Virus record (IMG/VR): IMGVR_UViG_3300032084_001411
Coordinates: 2,484 to 66,483 of that record
Length of the DNA: 64,000 nucleotides
Reading direction: 5' to 3' (one strand)
DNA from: a virus
The notes under the pieces are model-generated. The model did no database searches. It saw only the letters and a program-made list of their open reading frames with translations, and was not told the DNA's origin. Positions 44,210-53,722 of the stretch are shown here, piece after piece; position 1 is the first letter of the stretch, and each line of letters begins with the position of its first letter. The position numbers and the translations under genes are program-made.

Positions 44210-45864
44210 TATTCTTCTTCCTTATTAACAATACTTACTTCTGTTGTTACCAATAAGCCAACTACATTAGCGGCATCAATAACAGCGTTTTTAACTACTT
44301 TAGCTGGGTCTATAATTCCTTGAGTAAAAAAGTCACAAAACTCCTCTTTATCAACATCATAACCCTCATTGTCTTCTTTTAATGTACGTAACATAATAGA
44401 AGTAGCGGCTTCCCCTTCAATACCAGCGTTCGATAGAATCGTATAAAAAGGTGATTGGAGGGCAGCAACTACAATATCGCTGCCATCAGTAGCAGGGAGG
44501 TTCCTAGAAAGGTAGTCTGACGCTCGTAGAAGCGCTGTGCCCCCACCTGTCACGACTCCTTGTTCTACAGCAGCTTTTGTGGCGTTAATAGCATCTTCAA
44601 TACGGTCTTTTCTTTCCCCCATATCAATTTCAGAAGAGCCACCTACTCGAATAACCGCAATACCTCCATTTAACTTAGCTAAACGGTGTTTAGTTAGCTC
44701 GTAAGATTTATCTGCCTTGTCCATAGAATCTACTTTAGATTTAACTTGCGTGATTCTTTCCTCTAACGTAGTTTTATCTGCTTCTCCGTCAATAAACTCA
44801 GTAATATCGCTATTTGCCCGCACTCTCGTACATTTACCGAAATGTTTCTCAGTTACGCTCCCTAAAGAAAGGCCAGAAGTTGCAGAAATAACGGTTCCTC
44901 CAGTAATAACTGCTAAATCTTCAATAAAATCAGAGCGAGAAGGGACATATTCCGGTACTTTTAACACAAGGACCTTGAATCCGTTCTGAACTTTGTTATA
45001 AACAAGAGTAGAAAGTACATCTTCAGCCATATCAGAACAAACAATTACTAAAGTTTTTTCCTGAGTATGGGCAAGCTGCATAATACCTACGATTTCTTTG
45101 ATATCATTAATCTTAGAATCAGTGAAGAGGACCCAACAATCCTTATAATCAGCAATCCCTTTATCTGGGTGGGTAATAAAATGAGGAGTAGCGAAACCAG
45201 CAGGAAACTCCATACCCTCAACAACATCCATAGTCATCTCAGTCTGTGGGGCGGGTTCCACCGTAACAACACCATCTGAACCAACTTCTTGAACTGCGCG
45301 ACTAACAATATCGCCAACTTCTTTATCTCCATTGGCAGAAATAGTGGCAATAGACTTCAAATCCTCAAAATCAACCACTTCTCTAGCTTTAGAAGTGATA
45401 AAATCAGTTACCTGTTTTACTGCAATATCGATTTCCTTTTTTATAGTAACGGGGTTTTTCCCCTCACTAATAGCTTCAACAGCTTTAGTAGCGATAGTTT
45501 GGGCAAGCACAGTAGCGGTAGTAGTACCGTCCCCAGCTTGCTCATTTTGCCTCATAGCTACTTCTTTTATAATTTGTACGCCAAGATTTTGAAACTTATC
45601 TTCTACATTAATCTCTTTAGCTACAGATACTCCATCCTTGGTAATTCTGGGCATTAAACCAATTTGAGTTTGCATCAACCCAACAGTTCTAGCTTGCTCA
45701 ATAACTACATTTCGACCACGAGGGCCAAGTGTAGCTTTAACAGCATTTGCGATTAAGTCGATACCTTCTAGTAACTTGGTCCGAGACTCGGCCCCAAATT
45801 TTAGTTCTTTATTTTTATGGCTAGTTTGTAAATCTTGTCGGTTCAGTTGTTCTTGCATCACCAT
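44209..45864 (-). CDS. groEL: chaperonin GroEL
   Basis: TLGPRGRNVV, ITKDGVSVAKEI, AGDGTTTATVLA, KDRIEDA, GIIDPAKV. Confidence 0.95.
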   Translation of the reverse strand: MVMQEQLNRQDLQTSHKNKELKFGAESRTKLLEGIDLIANAVKATLGPRGRNVVIEQARTVGLMQTQIGLMPRITKDGVSVAKEINVEDKFQNLGVQIIKEVAMRQNEQAGDGTTTATVLAQTIATKAVEAISEGKNPVTIKKEIDIAVKQVTDFITSKAREVVDFEDLKSIATISANGDKEVGDIVSRAVQEVGSDGVVTVEPAPQTEMTMDVVEGMEFPAGFATPHFITHPDKGIADYKDCWVLFTDSKINDIKEIVGIMQLAHTQEKTLVIVCSDMAEDVLSTLVYNKVQNGFKVLVLKVPEYVPSRSDFIEDLAVITGGTVISATSGLSLGSVTEKHFGKCTRVRANSDITEFIDGEADKTTLEERITQVKSKVDSMDKADKSYELTKHRLAKLNGGIAVIRVGGSSEIDMGERKDRIEDAINATKAAVEQGVVTGGGTALLRASDYLSRNLPATDGSDIVVAALQSPFYTILSNAGIEGEAATSIMLRTLKEDNEGYDVDKEEFCDFFTQGIIDPAKVVKNAVIDAANVVGLLVTTEVSIVNKEEE

Positions 45865-46084
45865 TATTTTCTCTTTGTTCCTCAATTGCCTCACGTAAAA
45901 CATCTACAACTTCATCAAGTTGGAATAGTCTAGCTGCGGCAACTACTGCGTTTCTGTCTTCATCTGATAAAAGGGAGTTGCCCATTACTTGAATAAGTTG
46001 GGCCTTCTGCTTCGTTATATAATCCATTAAAGGGGTTATAACGGAATCGTCATCTGCTCGTATAACAATTTGATTATCTGACAT
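45821..46084 (-). CDS. hypothetical protein
   Basis: SD GAGG, 87 aa helical. Confidence 0.55.
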   Translation of the reverse strand: MSDNQIVIRADDDSVITPLMDYITKQKAQLIQVMGNSLLSDEDRNAVVAAARLFQLDEVVDVLREAIEEQRENNGDARTTEPTRFTN

Positions 46085-46116
46085 TTTTCCTCACTTTTAT
46101 AGTACTTCTTATAATA

Positions 46117-48561
46117 CTACTTTTTATTAGTTATGTCAACTTTATTAGGTGTTCCTAAACCAGATAAAGCATCTTTAATCATATCGGCACTTTTCATAAA
46201 TCTAGTTTTAGCCATATCCGCTTTAATCTTATCGGCAACATCAGAAGAGTCTTGGAGCATTTCAACAGCTTTCAAGTCAAGCTTACGCCCTTCAATTGCA
46301 AGTTTAGCGAAATCTTTCTCTTTATCATGCGCTAATTCTTCTCTACGTGTCTGAGCGTTCTCAAGTTCTGATTGAGCGAGCATCGCTGCGGGGTCTTTAG
46401 AAGCAAGAGCCTCTTCAAATGCCTGTGATTCATGGAACTGCTTAATTTGAATAGCTGCATCAGCTAAAGCTTTCTCTCCAGTCTGGCCGCCATTTAACTG
46501 TAATTGACCGCCAATATCTCGTACATAGGCAAACATAGCATGTTCAGCTATATTAGCTTGTAAAAGAGGGATAATAGAGGCCGCGAGGGGCTGTGCGCCG
46601 CCTTTAGGGTCCTCTAAAAACGCTTGTTTAAATGAAATATGAGCCTCATGGTCTTGACCCTCAAATGCTTTAACTGGTTTGCCTTGAGATAGGGCAACAA
46701 TATCTGATAATGGGTCAAGAGGCTGAGCTTCTGCAGGAGGGGGTAGAAGTCTATCAATTTCTTCCGGTTCCATCCCAATTTGTGAATAAAATTCTGTATA
46801 GGCTGCTCGTAAATTATGAATGTCTGGTGCTTGTTGTGCAGCAGCAAGTTTTGTCTGTGCTACAGCAATTCTATGTGCAGAAGAAGAGAGGTTAGGGTCT
46901 GCCGCTGGCATTAAATCTACCTTCCCGCTAAAGTCTTCTTTACGGACACTGAAACTTTGTCCTTTTAAGAAGAAGTCTTGTGTTTCATCAAGCACATCAA
47001 AATTCAAATCATGAAGAATTTGGAATTCTTGTTTAAGACCATTATAGAACCGTTTAAGAATACCTGAAGTAAACTTAGTAGAAGCTTCTAGGAGCGCTAC
47101 AGTTGTCCCTACGGGGCCATAATTAGTAGAATCAGCAAGAACCTGCTCTGTAGTATCCGCAAACTTCTGAGCGCGGCCATCTAAGAATTGCGCTATTCTC
47201 TCTAACACCTGTGAAGGCTCTTTAAAATCGAGAGGCATAAGAACATCTTTAATATTCTTTGTACCTGTATCAATCTCCCGGAACTCTCCAAAACGAATTG
47301 GCATTTGAGAGTCTCGCGTGAATCGAACTCCTTTAGCTCTGAACCCGCCTTGCAGGTTGGAGAACTGGCCTGAGTCAATGAGACTGCGTAAAATAGAAGT
47401 AAGAGCAAACTGAAAGTTTCCTAAAATATGGATATAACCCATACCATGAAACCCGAGACCGGGTATAAGTTGATAATGCGCGTACCACGTTCTTTTCAAC
47501 TTCTTATTGTCAGTTTCTTTCCAATTACGGCGGATACTTAAAATTTTATTACGTGAATCTTCAATAGCAACAATATACGGTAAAGCTCTAGATAGCCCTT
47601 CGTCATACGGGGCGGGTAATTTAAGATAGCAGTGATGTTCTCGAATCTGGAACTTACTAAAAGTAGAAGAGTGCCCCATAGCGTCCCCAGTACCTTCTAT
47701 AACTATCTCAGAATCTACTTTAGTCGGGGAAGCATTACCTACATTAGCAACACTGGAAACTATATCATTATCTAAAGAAAAACCCTCACCATACTCATAC
47801 TCGTCTACGTTTACATACTCGCCAAGTTCGCCTAAATGCTCGAACTCGTGCCTGTCTAACGTAAATAACTCTGTGTGGAAATCAGTGTCCGCAACTGTAG
47901 AAGCATCGGAATTGATAATAAATTTATCTTCTGTTAGGTATTTTGTTCGAGGTCTGTTTTGAATAGGGTCGAAATAATATTTACGATAAGCATTACCTGT
48001 TAGCGCATATCTAAAAGATAGTTTTTCTGTGTCGGGAACAAATTCATTCATTTGATAAAGATATTGGTAATCCATATAATTACGGACACGATTAGAAGAT
48101 TGAATAGTTTCTTCATTTGTCTCTGTTATGAGATACGTGTCTACAAGACCTTTACCTGAGAAAATTTCCCCCATAATTTTTGCCTGAGTTTTTAGGGCTG
48201 ACTCCAAAATCAAAGGATGGGTGATGGGGGACGCACCCGGAAAAGGTTCATCGAGTTCCTCTATCGTTAAACCTAATTTTTCTAATCCTAAATTGATACC
48301 GTCGAAGAACTCGCCGTTAGAAGATAAATCATCATTATATCTATCTTGGCAAAATTGACTAATGCGCCCTAAAGTCTCTTCTTCTAAAAAGACAGCTAGG
48401 TTCGCGTCATGCTCGTTTGAATCGATGTTTGGTTCGAGGTCTTCTTCCTCGTCTGGGTTTGAGAATACTACTTCAATATTCCCTTCATCGTCTGTTGGGA
48501 GTAGTTGAATTTCTAGTTCATCTTCGGGGAGTTCAAAATCTTTAATAAAATCGTCAGCCAT
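46117..48561 (-). CDS. portal protein
   Basis: 814 aa after terminase; PFPGAS..HP, LSIRRNW, PGLGF.G.G, PVGTTVALLE, GQDHEAHI. Confidence 0.85.
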   Translation of the reverse strand: MADDFIKDFELPEDELEIQLLPTDDEGNIEVVFSNPDEEEDLEPNIDSNEHDANLAVFLEEETLGRISQFCQDRYNDDLSSNGEFFDGINLGLEKLGLTIEELDEPFPGASPITHPLILESALKTQAKIMGEIFSGKGLVDTYLITETNEETIQSSNRVRNYMDYQYLYQMNEFVPDTEKLSFRYALTGNAYRKYYFDPIQNRPRTKYLTEDKFIINSDASTVADTDFHTELFTLDRHEFEHLGELGEYVNVDEYEYGEGFSLDNDIVSSVANVGNASPTKVDSEIVIEGTGDAMGHSSTFSKFQIREHHCYLKLPAPYDEGLSRALPYIVAIEDSRNKILSIRRNWKETDNKKLKRTWYAHYQLIPGLGFHGMGYIHILGNFQFALTSILRSLIDSGQFSNLQGGFRAKGVRFTRDSQMPIRFGEFREIDTGTKNIKDVLMPLDFKEPSQVLERIAQFLDGRAQKFADTTEQVLADSTNYGPVGTTVALLEASTKFTSGILKRFYNGLKQEFQILHDLNFDVLDETQDFFLKGQSFSVRKEDFSGKVDLMPAADPNLSSSAHRIAVAQTKLAAAQQAPDIHNLRAAYTEFYSQIGMEPEEIDRLLPPPAEAQPLDPLSDIVALSQGKPVKAFEGQDHEAHISFKQAFLEDPKGGAQPLAASIIPLLQANIAEHAMFAYVRDIGGQLQLNGGQTGEKALADAAIQIKQFHESQAFEEALASKDPAAMLAQSELENAQTRREELAHDKEKDFAKLAIEGRKLDLKAVEMLQDSSDVADKIKADMAKTRFMKSADMIKDALSGLGTPNKVDITNKK

Positions 48562-48597
48562 AAATAAATCCTTTCATCAAGTATATAGATTAATTGC

Positions 48598-51234
48598 CTA
48601 ATGGCGCAAGTATCCAGAGGTGTAAGACCCACCTACAAAAAAGTCCTCTTCCTCTTCCATTTCTTCTACTTCTTGATAGGTATAAGATTGGTCAGTAAGA
48701 ACATTATTATCTCTGCAAAAGAGAAGAAATTGGGAGAAAGCATCGGGAACATCATCATGGTTACCGCCGGGGAAAGTACATATCTCTGTTACAAAATCTG
48801 TTGATTTAGTACAGGCATTAGCATCATCTTCTGGCATAGGAACCCAAATAATACCGCTCTTCACTAATGGCGCTGCTGCTTGCATACGCATAATCTTATC
48901 TTTTTCTGTCTTCCAAGCATATATAGGCAGCCCTCTTTTAATCAAATCGGGTACAAGAGCTAATCCAGAACTTCTTTCTTCTAAAATGAAATAATCTATT
49001 TGCTCTTCCCTATACATTTTCATAAATAAATCTACTAACTCCGGGTAGTCCCATTTCCCCTTCTTAGCATTAATGAGAATTGCATGTGTTTTATATATAG
49101 AATTTGGTATTGAATGGTCTTGATAATTAAAAAGCCCCCATAATTGAAACGCAGTAAAGTCACTTTGAGTATTTTTTGTATAGGCTGTGTCAGCAGTAAC
49201 AATAAAAGTGTGGCATTGAGGGGGTGTATCTTCTTTCCAATGTTTAAAATCTTTAGGGTTAATCATTTGCCCTGTTTCTGGAGTAGGATTTTGCATATAT
49301 ACCGCATTCCATCTAGGCATGTTATTTACATACGAGTTTCTAAGCATCTCTAAACGATTAGTTGGATGGAACTCGGGCCAAAAAGAAGTGTCTTCGACTA
49401 AATACCCTTCTGGGTCGCCCTCTTCTCGAAGAAAGTCACTCGCCTCTTCATCTAAAAGAGCAGGTATTCTTATTATTTTCCAAGGAGACCCAGACTTTCT
49501 ATCTTCTTTTTCAAGATAATCAAATAAATCTCCTTGGGTCCACCTTGTATTATGAGTAACCAATCCTTCTGCTATAAAATTATGGTTATCTGCTACTTCT
49601 AAATCATATATATCATCAACATAACCAGTATCAACTATCTTTTTAACTTTAGTCGTTACAAATTCATCTATGTGTTTAGTTTTCGATATATGTATCGAAT
49701 AGCTGTGACTTACAAAAGGTTCTGGGGAATTAGGGGGTTGAGAAACCCTTGACCTATATCTAATTTTACCTACAGAATGTCCTAAACTTTGAGCTAATTT
49801 TTTTATATCCTTAACTAAATCTTTATTACATAGTTCTGTACAAAAAGCTCCACTATTTTCTTTCACTTCCCAGCCATCTGCTTCCAAAAACCCTTCAAGA
49901 AATTTTTCTCTAGTAGTTATGCAAGCAGAATAAACCCATTTAGGGATTCTTTTAGTACGAGCAGAACCTTTTAGCCCTAAGTCATTAAAAAACTCCCATG
50001 CCCGTTTTGTATCTGAACGATAATACCCAGAATCAGTTTCGCGTAAATCAACATCTATTAGTTTCTTAAAAGCGTTAATAACTCTTTCATTAACTGATTG
50101 ATGCTCTCCTTTAGCTACACAGGTAACATATCTATTAGTAGCTCTACCCTTTTTAGGAGTATTTATTAACCAACCATCTCCGTACATAAAACCTAATAGC
50201 CATGCCTTCTCATCTTCAATAGCCGGGCCATCTCGTTTATCTAATGCCCTCATAACTATTTCATCGCCGGGATTTAAATCTATTAATCTACAATATTGAT
50301 TATTCTTTAAAAGAAAAGGGTGTTTCCAGTTACCTTTAACTACGTCTCCATTTTGGGTATGCACTTCATATATCTTATCTTCCCCTGCCTTCCACTGCTT
50401 GACCACAGGTTTAACTTCCATCTTAAAAGTTTTATGGTTTAAAGTTTGTATTAAATCTCCTTCATTTAAATTAATTATATCTTCGTATACACCATCAGCT
50501 TTGAGTATCTGCGTATCTTTAGTTAGACACCCCACCTGCAATTCTGCACAATCGGGACTCATTAAAAGACGGGAACGAACGTTTGGCATATATTGACCTA
50601 CCATTCTCATTCTAATAGGTTTAGATAAAGCATCTTCTTCAACCAAAGCGTCATCACAGATAACAATATGGCCACGGCGACCAGCTATCTTTGCTTCTAA
50701 AGAGGTACAAACCATTTCCCCGCCAGATTTAGTCAAGAAACGACCTGCTGTTTGTTTATCTTCTCTTAACTCTGTATTTGGGAAAATAGTCTTAAACTCA
50801 TCACTTCTAACAATATCCCGAATCTTAGCCCCGAACTCGTCTCTAGCAAATTCAATACCGTGACCTACAAGAATCATTCTAATTTTAGGCCACCTACCTA
50901 GTAACCATGAAGGGAAAAGACGAGAACAAAGCTCTGACTTCATACCGCCGGGAGGAAGAGAAATCATTTTACGGGGGGTTAATCCTGTTTTTAACCATAT
51001 AGCCTCCCCCAGTTCTTGTAGCTCTTCACAAATCTTTTTAATATGTCGTCCTGTTTGGAACCCATCAATCCTTGTAGGTCCTAAAAGAAGAACATAATGA
51101 TAAAAAGATTCTCTAGCCATATTAATGGCTTCTTTTTCTAAGAATTTAGATATTTCGTCCACTGCCTCTTTAGGCAGCTTATTTAATTCAGCACTAGTAA
51201 TATACTCTAGATATTCTTCTTTATTTTTAAACAA
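48598..51234 (-). CDS. terL: terminase large subunit, intein-containing
   Basis: ISLPPGGMKS, AGRRGHIVICDD, VG|TRW, YMQNP, ADTAY..SDFTA, HDDVPDA. Confidence 0.95.
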   Translation of the reverse strand: MFKNKEEYLEYITSAELNKLPKEAVDEISKFLEKEAINMARESFYHYVLLLGPTRIDGFQTGRHIKKICEELQELGEAIWLKTGLTPRKMISLPPGGMKSELCSRLFPSWLLGRWPKIRMILVGHGIEFARDEFGAKIRDIVRSDEFKTIFPNTELREDKQTAGRFLTKSGGEMVCTSLEAKIAGRRGHIVICDDALVEEDALSKPIRMRMVGQYMPNVRSRLLMSPDCAELQVGCLTKDTQILKADGVYEDIINLNEGDLIQTLNHKTFKMEVKPVVKQWKAGEDKIYEVHTQNGDVVKGNWKHPFLLKNNQYCRLIDLNPGDEIVMRALDKRDGPAIEDEKAWLLGFMYGDGWLINTPKKGRATNRYVTCVAKGEHQSVNERVINAFKKLIDVDLRETDSGYYRSDTKRAWEFFNDLGLKGSARTKRIPKWVYSACITTREKFLEGFLEADGWEVKENSGAFCTELCNKDLVKDIKKLAQSLGHSVGKIRYRSRVSQPPNSPEPFVSHSYSIHISKTKHIDEFVTTKVKKIVDTGYVDDIYDLEVADNHNFIAEGLVTHNTRWTQGDLFDYLEKEDRKSGSPWKIIRIPALLDEEASDFLREEGDPEGYLVEDTSFWPEFHPTNRLEMLRNSYVNNMPRWNAVYMQNPTPETGQMINPKDFKHWKEDTPPQCHTFIVTADTAYTKNTQSDFTAFQLWGLFNYQDHSIPNSIYKTHAILINAKKGKWDYPELVDLFMKMYREEQIDYFILEERSSGLALVPDLIKRGLPIYAWKTEKDKIMRMQAAAPLVKSGIIWVPMPEDDANACTKSTDFVTEICTFPGGNHDDVPDAFSQFLLFCRDNNVLTDQSYTYQEVEEMEEEEDFFVGGSYTSGYLRH
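49549..50529 (-). mobile_element. LAGLIDADG intein (327 aa) in terminase
   Basis: CLTKDTQI start, NWKHPF, LGFMYGDG and LEGFLEADG, IYDLEVADNHNF, VTHN|T. Confidence 0.95.
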
Positions 51235-51544
51235 GACATTTTTTCTCTAAACGTTCCTTCACTAACTGTTGACGTAAAAGATAAGCCTCCTTTTTAGAAA
51301 GAGGTTTAGGTTTCTGTTTGGGTTTGGGTTTCTCTGGTTTAGGCTTTAATTTTCTTTTTTGCTGTCTATACAGCTTTTGTTTTCTTTGAATCTCTTCTTT
51401 ATTTTCTTGGAACCATCTAGCTTTATATTTTTTAATAGATTCCTTATTACGTTCATAATAATCTTTATTAAGTTTAGAGATTTTTTCAGGATTATTTTCC
51501 CTATATCGTTTATTCTGTTCTCTTTGAGCTTTAGTAGTTTTCAT
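51227..51544 (-). CDS. highly basic hypothetical protein
   Basis: YRENNPEKI/YYERNKESI repeats like HNH-associated helical domains. Confidence 0.6.
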   Translation of the reverse strand: MKTTKAQREQNKRYRENNPEKISKLNKDYYERNKESIKKYKARWFQENKEEIQRKQKLYRQQKRKLKPKPEKPKPKQKPKPLSKKEAYLLRQQLVKERLEKKCLV

Positions 51545-51550
51545 ACGGCC

Positions 51551-51579
51551 ATTATATTACCTAGTAACAATCTTGTCAA
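51551..51579 (-). promoter_or_regulatory. consensus sigma70 promoter
   Basis: TTGACA-17bp-TATAAT, 6 nt before ATG at 51544. Confidence 0.8.
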
Positions 51580-51797
51580 GAAATTAAATTCTTTAATTTT
51601 AAAAGATAAGAGAAAGGTTTAAAAAGATAAAAGAAAGAAAATATAATTTATGTATATATAATATCATTAACAGACTACTGATGGAACCGACTAATGCGTA
51701 AGCATGTGTAAAGTTAATCAGAGAGTAGGTAATTTGATTTAGTTTAAGGTCGTATAACTATATCTATATCAAAAGTTATTTATGAGAGATTTTAAAT

Positions 51798-51878
51798 GAC
51801 TGTGAAGTTTCTTAGCGCAACGTTATTGAAGGTAGTAAAGAAATTAGAAGTTGTTTAAGAGACTGTGAAGTTTCTTAG
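51798..51878. repeat. 18-bp direct repeat x2
   Basis: GACTGTGAAGTTTCTTAG at 51798-51815 and 51861-51878. Confidence 0.85.
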
Positions 51879-52063
51879 TAGCTAAAGTAGATTCAGGTTA
51901 TTCAGAGACTATCCTTTTCTTGTACTCGCCTACTTCATAGTTAGGGCTATATATACTATAACACATGGTTTTGAGATTAGGTACTCGCATCTATAAAAAA
52001 GGTAACAAAATCAACGATAAAAAAATGCTTGACAAACTTTTGACAGAATAGTGTTTTTTGAAT

Positions 52064-52093
52064 AAAAAAGACCCTTTTTCTATAAAGGGCCTT
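52064..52093 (-). terminator. intrinsic terminator after small terminase
   Basis: AGGCCCTTT-loop-AAAGGGTCT then T run on - strand. Confidence 0.6.
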
Positions 52094-52117
52094 CTCTAAT
52101 AAGACAATAATTAATAC

Positions 52118-52696
52118 TTATTCTTTTTTAGGAATCTCAATTAAAGTTGCTAGTCTTTTAGCAGACTTTTCCCATTCTTCTTCATCTTCTCCACGGAACA
52201 TCCCTTTAACTTCTAACTGTTGTTTAACAATATAGGCTTCAGCCCCATTAATCTTATCTATTTGCTTTTGAGCTTCAATGGCAACTTTAATCTCACCCTT
52301 CTCCATAGCATTATTATAGATTTCATTCCATCTAATCAAAGATTCTTGTGGGTCTACTAACTGAGCAGCGTAAGCCCTCTCTTGTTTTAACTGTTTAATC
52401 CTTTCTTGAATATGAGGCATCTTCCCTAATTCACTCCCTCTTTGAGTAGGATGTGTATCGTTGGGGTAAGCAATACGAGCAGCATCTGTTTGATTACGTC
52501 CATCCGCCCTTAACTTACAAAAGAGTTCTTGTTCATCAGAATTAACTATAGCTCTACCCTTTTTATCTGGTTTCTTCATAGAAGCCTTCAGAGTGGCTTT
52601 AGTTTTTTCTAGGTCCCCGACCCTAGAACTGAAATCAACCACCTCAGTGGCCTTTATTTCGTCTTTACGGGGTGTTTTATCATCGTCCTTATCCAT
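52118..52696 (-). CDS. terS: terminase small subunit
   Basis: QELFC..GRNQTDAARIAY..L.KMPHIQERI HTH pattern, AIEAQKQIDKING. Confidence 0.75.
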   Translation of the reverse strand: MDKDDDKTPRKDEIKATEVVDFSSRVGDLEKTKATLKASMKKPDKKGRAIVNSDEQELFCKLRADGRNQTDAARIAYPNDTHPTQRGSELGKMPHIQERIKQLKQERAYAAQLVDPQESLIRWNEIYNNAMEKGEIKVAIEAQKQIDKINGAEAYIVKQQLEVKGMFRGEDEEEWEKSAKRLATLIEIPKKE

Positions 52697-52893
52697 GTCT
52701 ATTATTATATAGGACCATAAGGTGTTTAAGCAATTAAAATATTAACCTTTCCTAAACTCAAAAAATGGGCCGATTGTGGGGGTGGCTACATATACTATAA
52801 CAACCCACCCCCCTCTTTTTCTCCCCTCCCCCTCCCCTTTTACATATATATGAGAATGATTCGCAATTGGATTGACATTGACATAATCTAGAT

Positions 52894-52954
52894 AAGAAAC
52901 TTTACATAGTAAAGGTTTCTGCCCAGAAAGATTATGGTAATAATCTATTCTGAA
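52894..52954. repeat. 61-bp double-hairpin repeat, copy 1
   Basis: Matches 54900-54960 with one mismatch. Confidence 0.9.
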
Positions 52955-53080
52955 TTGACAGACAATGTGTTATGACAATAGGACTATATGCCTACATGCC
53001 TGTGATAGTGTTCTCCTATAGTTATGGTAATGATGTAGCTGACAGCGACATAGATAGAGTGTTGCATAAATGTCACACTG

Positions 53081-53151
53081 ATTATGGATAAGGGCGAGGG
53101 TTTTGTGTTGTGTCATCTATATCACCCCCTAAACCCCCTCTTATCCATAAT
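53081..53151. repeat. inverted repeat
   Basis: ATTATGGATAAG ... CTTATCCATAAT perfect 12-bp arms. Confidence 0.8.
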
Positions 53152-53560
53152 ACATATACATAACAACTATGCTATTGATAGTCATTCTCATTACCAATAT
53201 ATACATAATAATAACTAGGATTATACTCCTAAAATGCAGTGTTCTACTTTCTATAGGTAAACATACCGCACCACAATAAACCCTCTGTACAAGCTTCTAT
53301 GGGCGATTAAACGCTATTCTACACTATGACAATAACTAATCAATTAAGTTAGTCATAACCCTATAATATTACTGCTAAAATAATATAAACAAAGCAATAA
53401 AGTTACTATTCTTTTGCTAAGTCATTGATATATAAAGGATAGGAATCTATTCAGGTAGTAATAACAATAACTTAGCCTGATTTACAATGTAATTCGAATG
53501 TGAGACTATACAGACATAGAGAGCAACACGGGGTTGCTTGTAAAAGAAAGAGAAAGAGCT

Positions 53561-53722
53561 ATGCCAAAGCATCTACAAATGAAGAAACAAGAGTTTCTTA
53601 CAAATGCAGGTAAACAAGATAAAACCTTAAACGATTATTTCGACATGCCTAAACAGGTTATGAGAAATGGGAAGTTGATTAATATTGAAGAGAATAATAA
53701 AAGAGTGTTTAGAAAAAAGTAA
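53561..53722 (+). CDS. small hypothetical protein
   Basis: MPKHLQ.. ORF after purine-rich leader. Confidence 0.4.
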   Translation: MPKHLQMKKQEFLTNAGKQDKTLNDYFDMPKQVMRNGKLINIEENNKRVFRKK

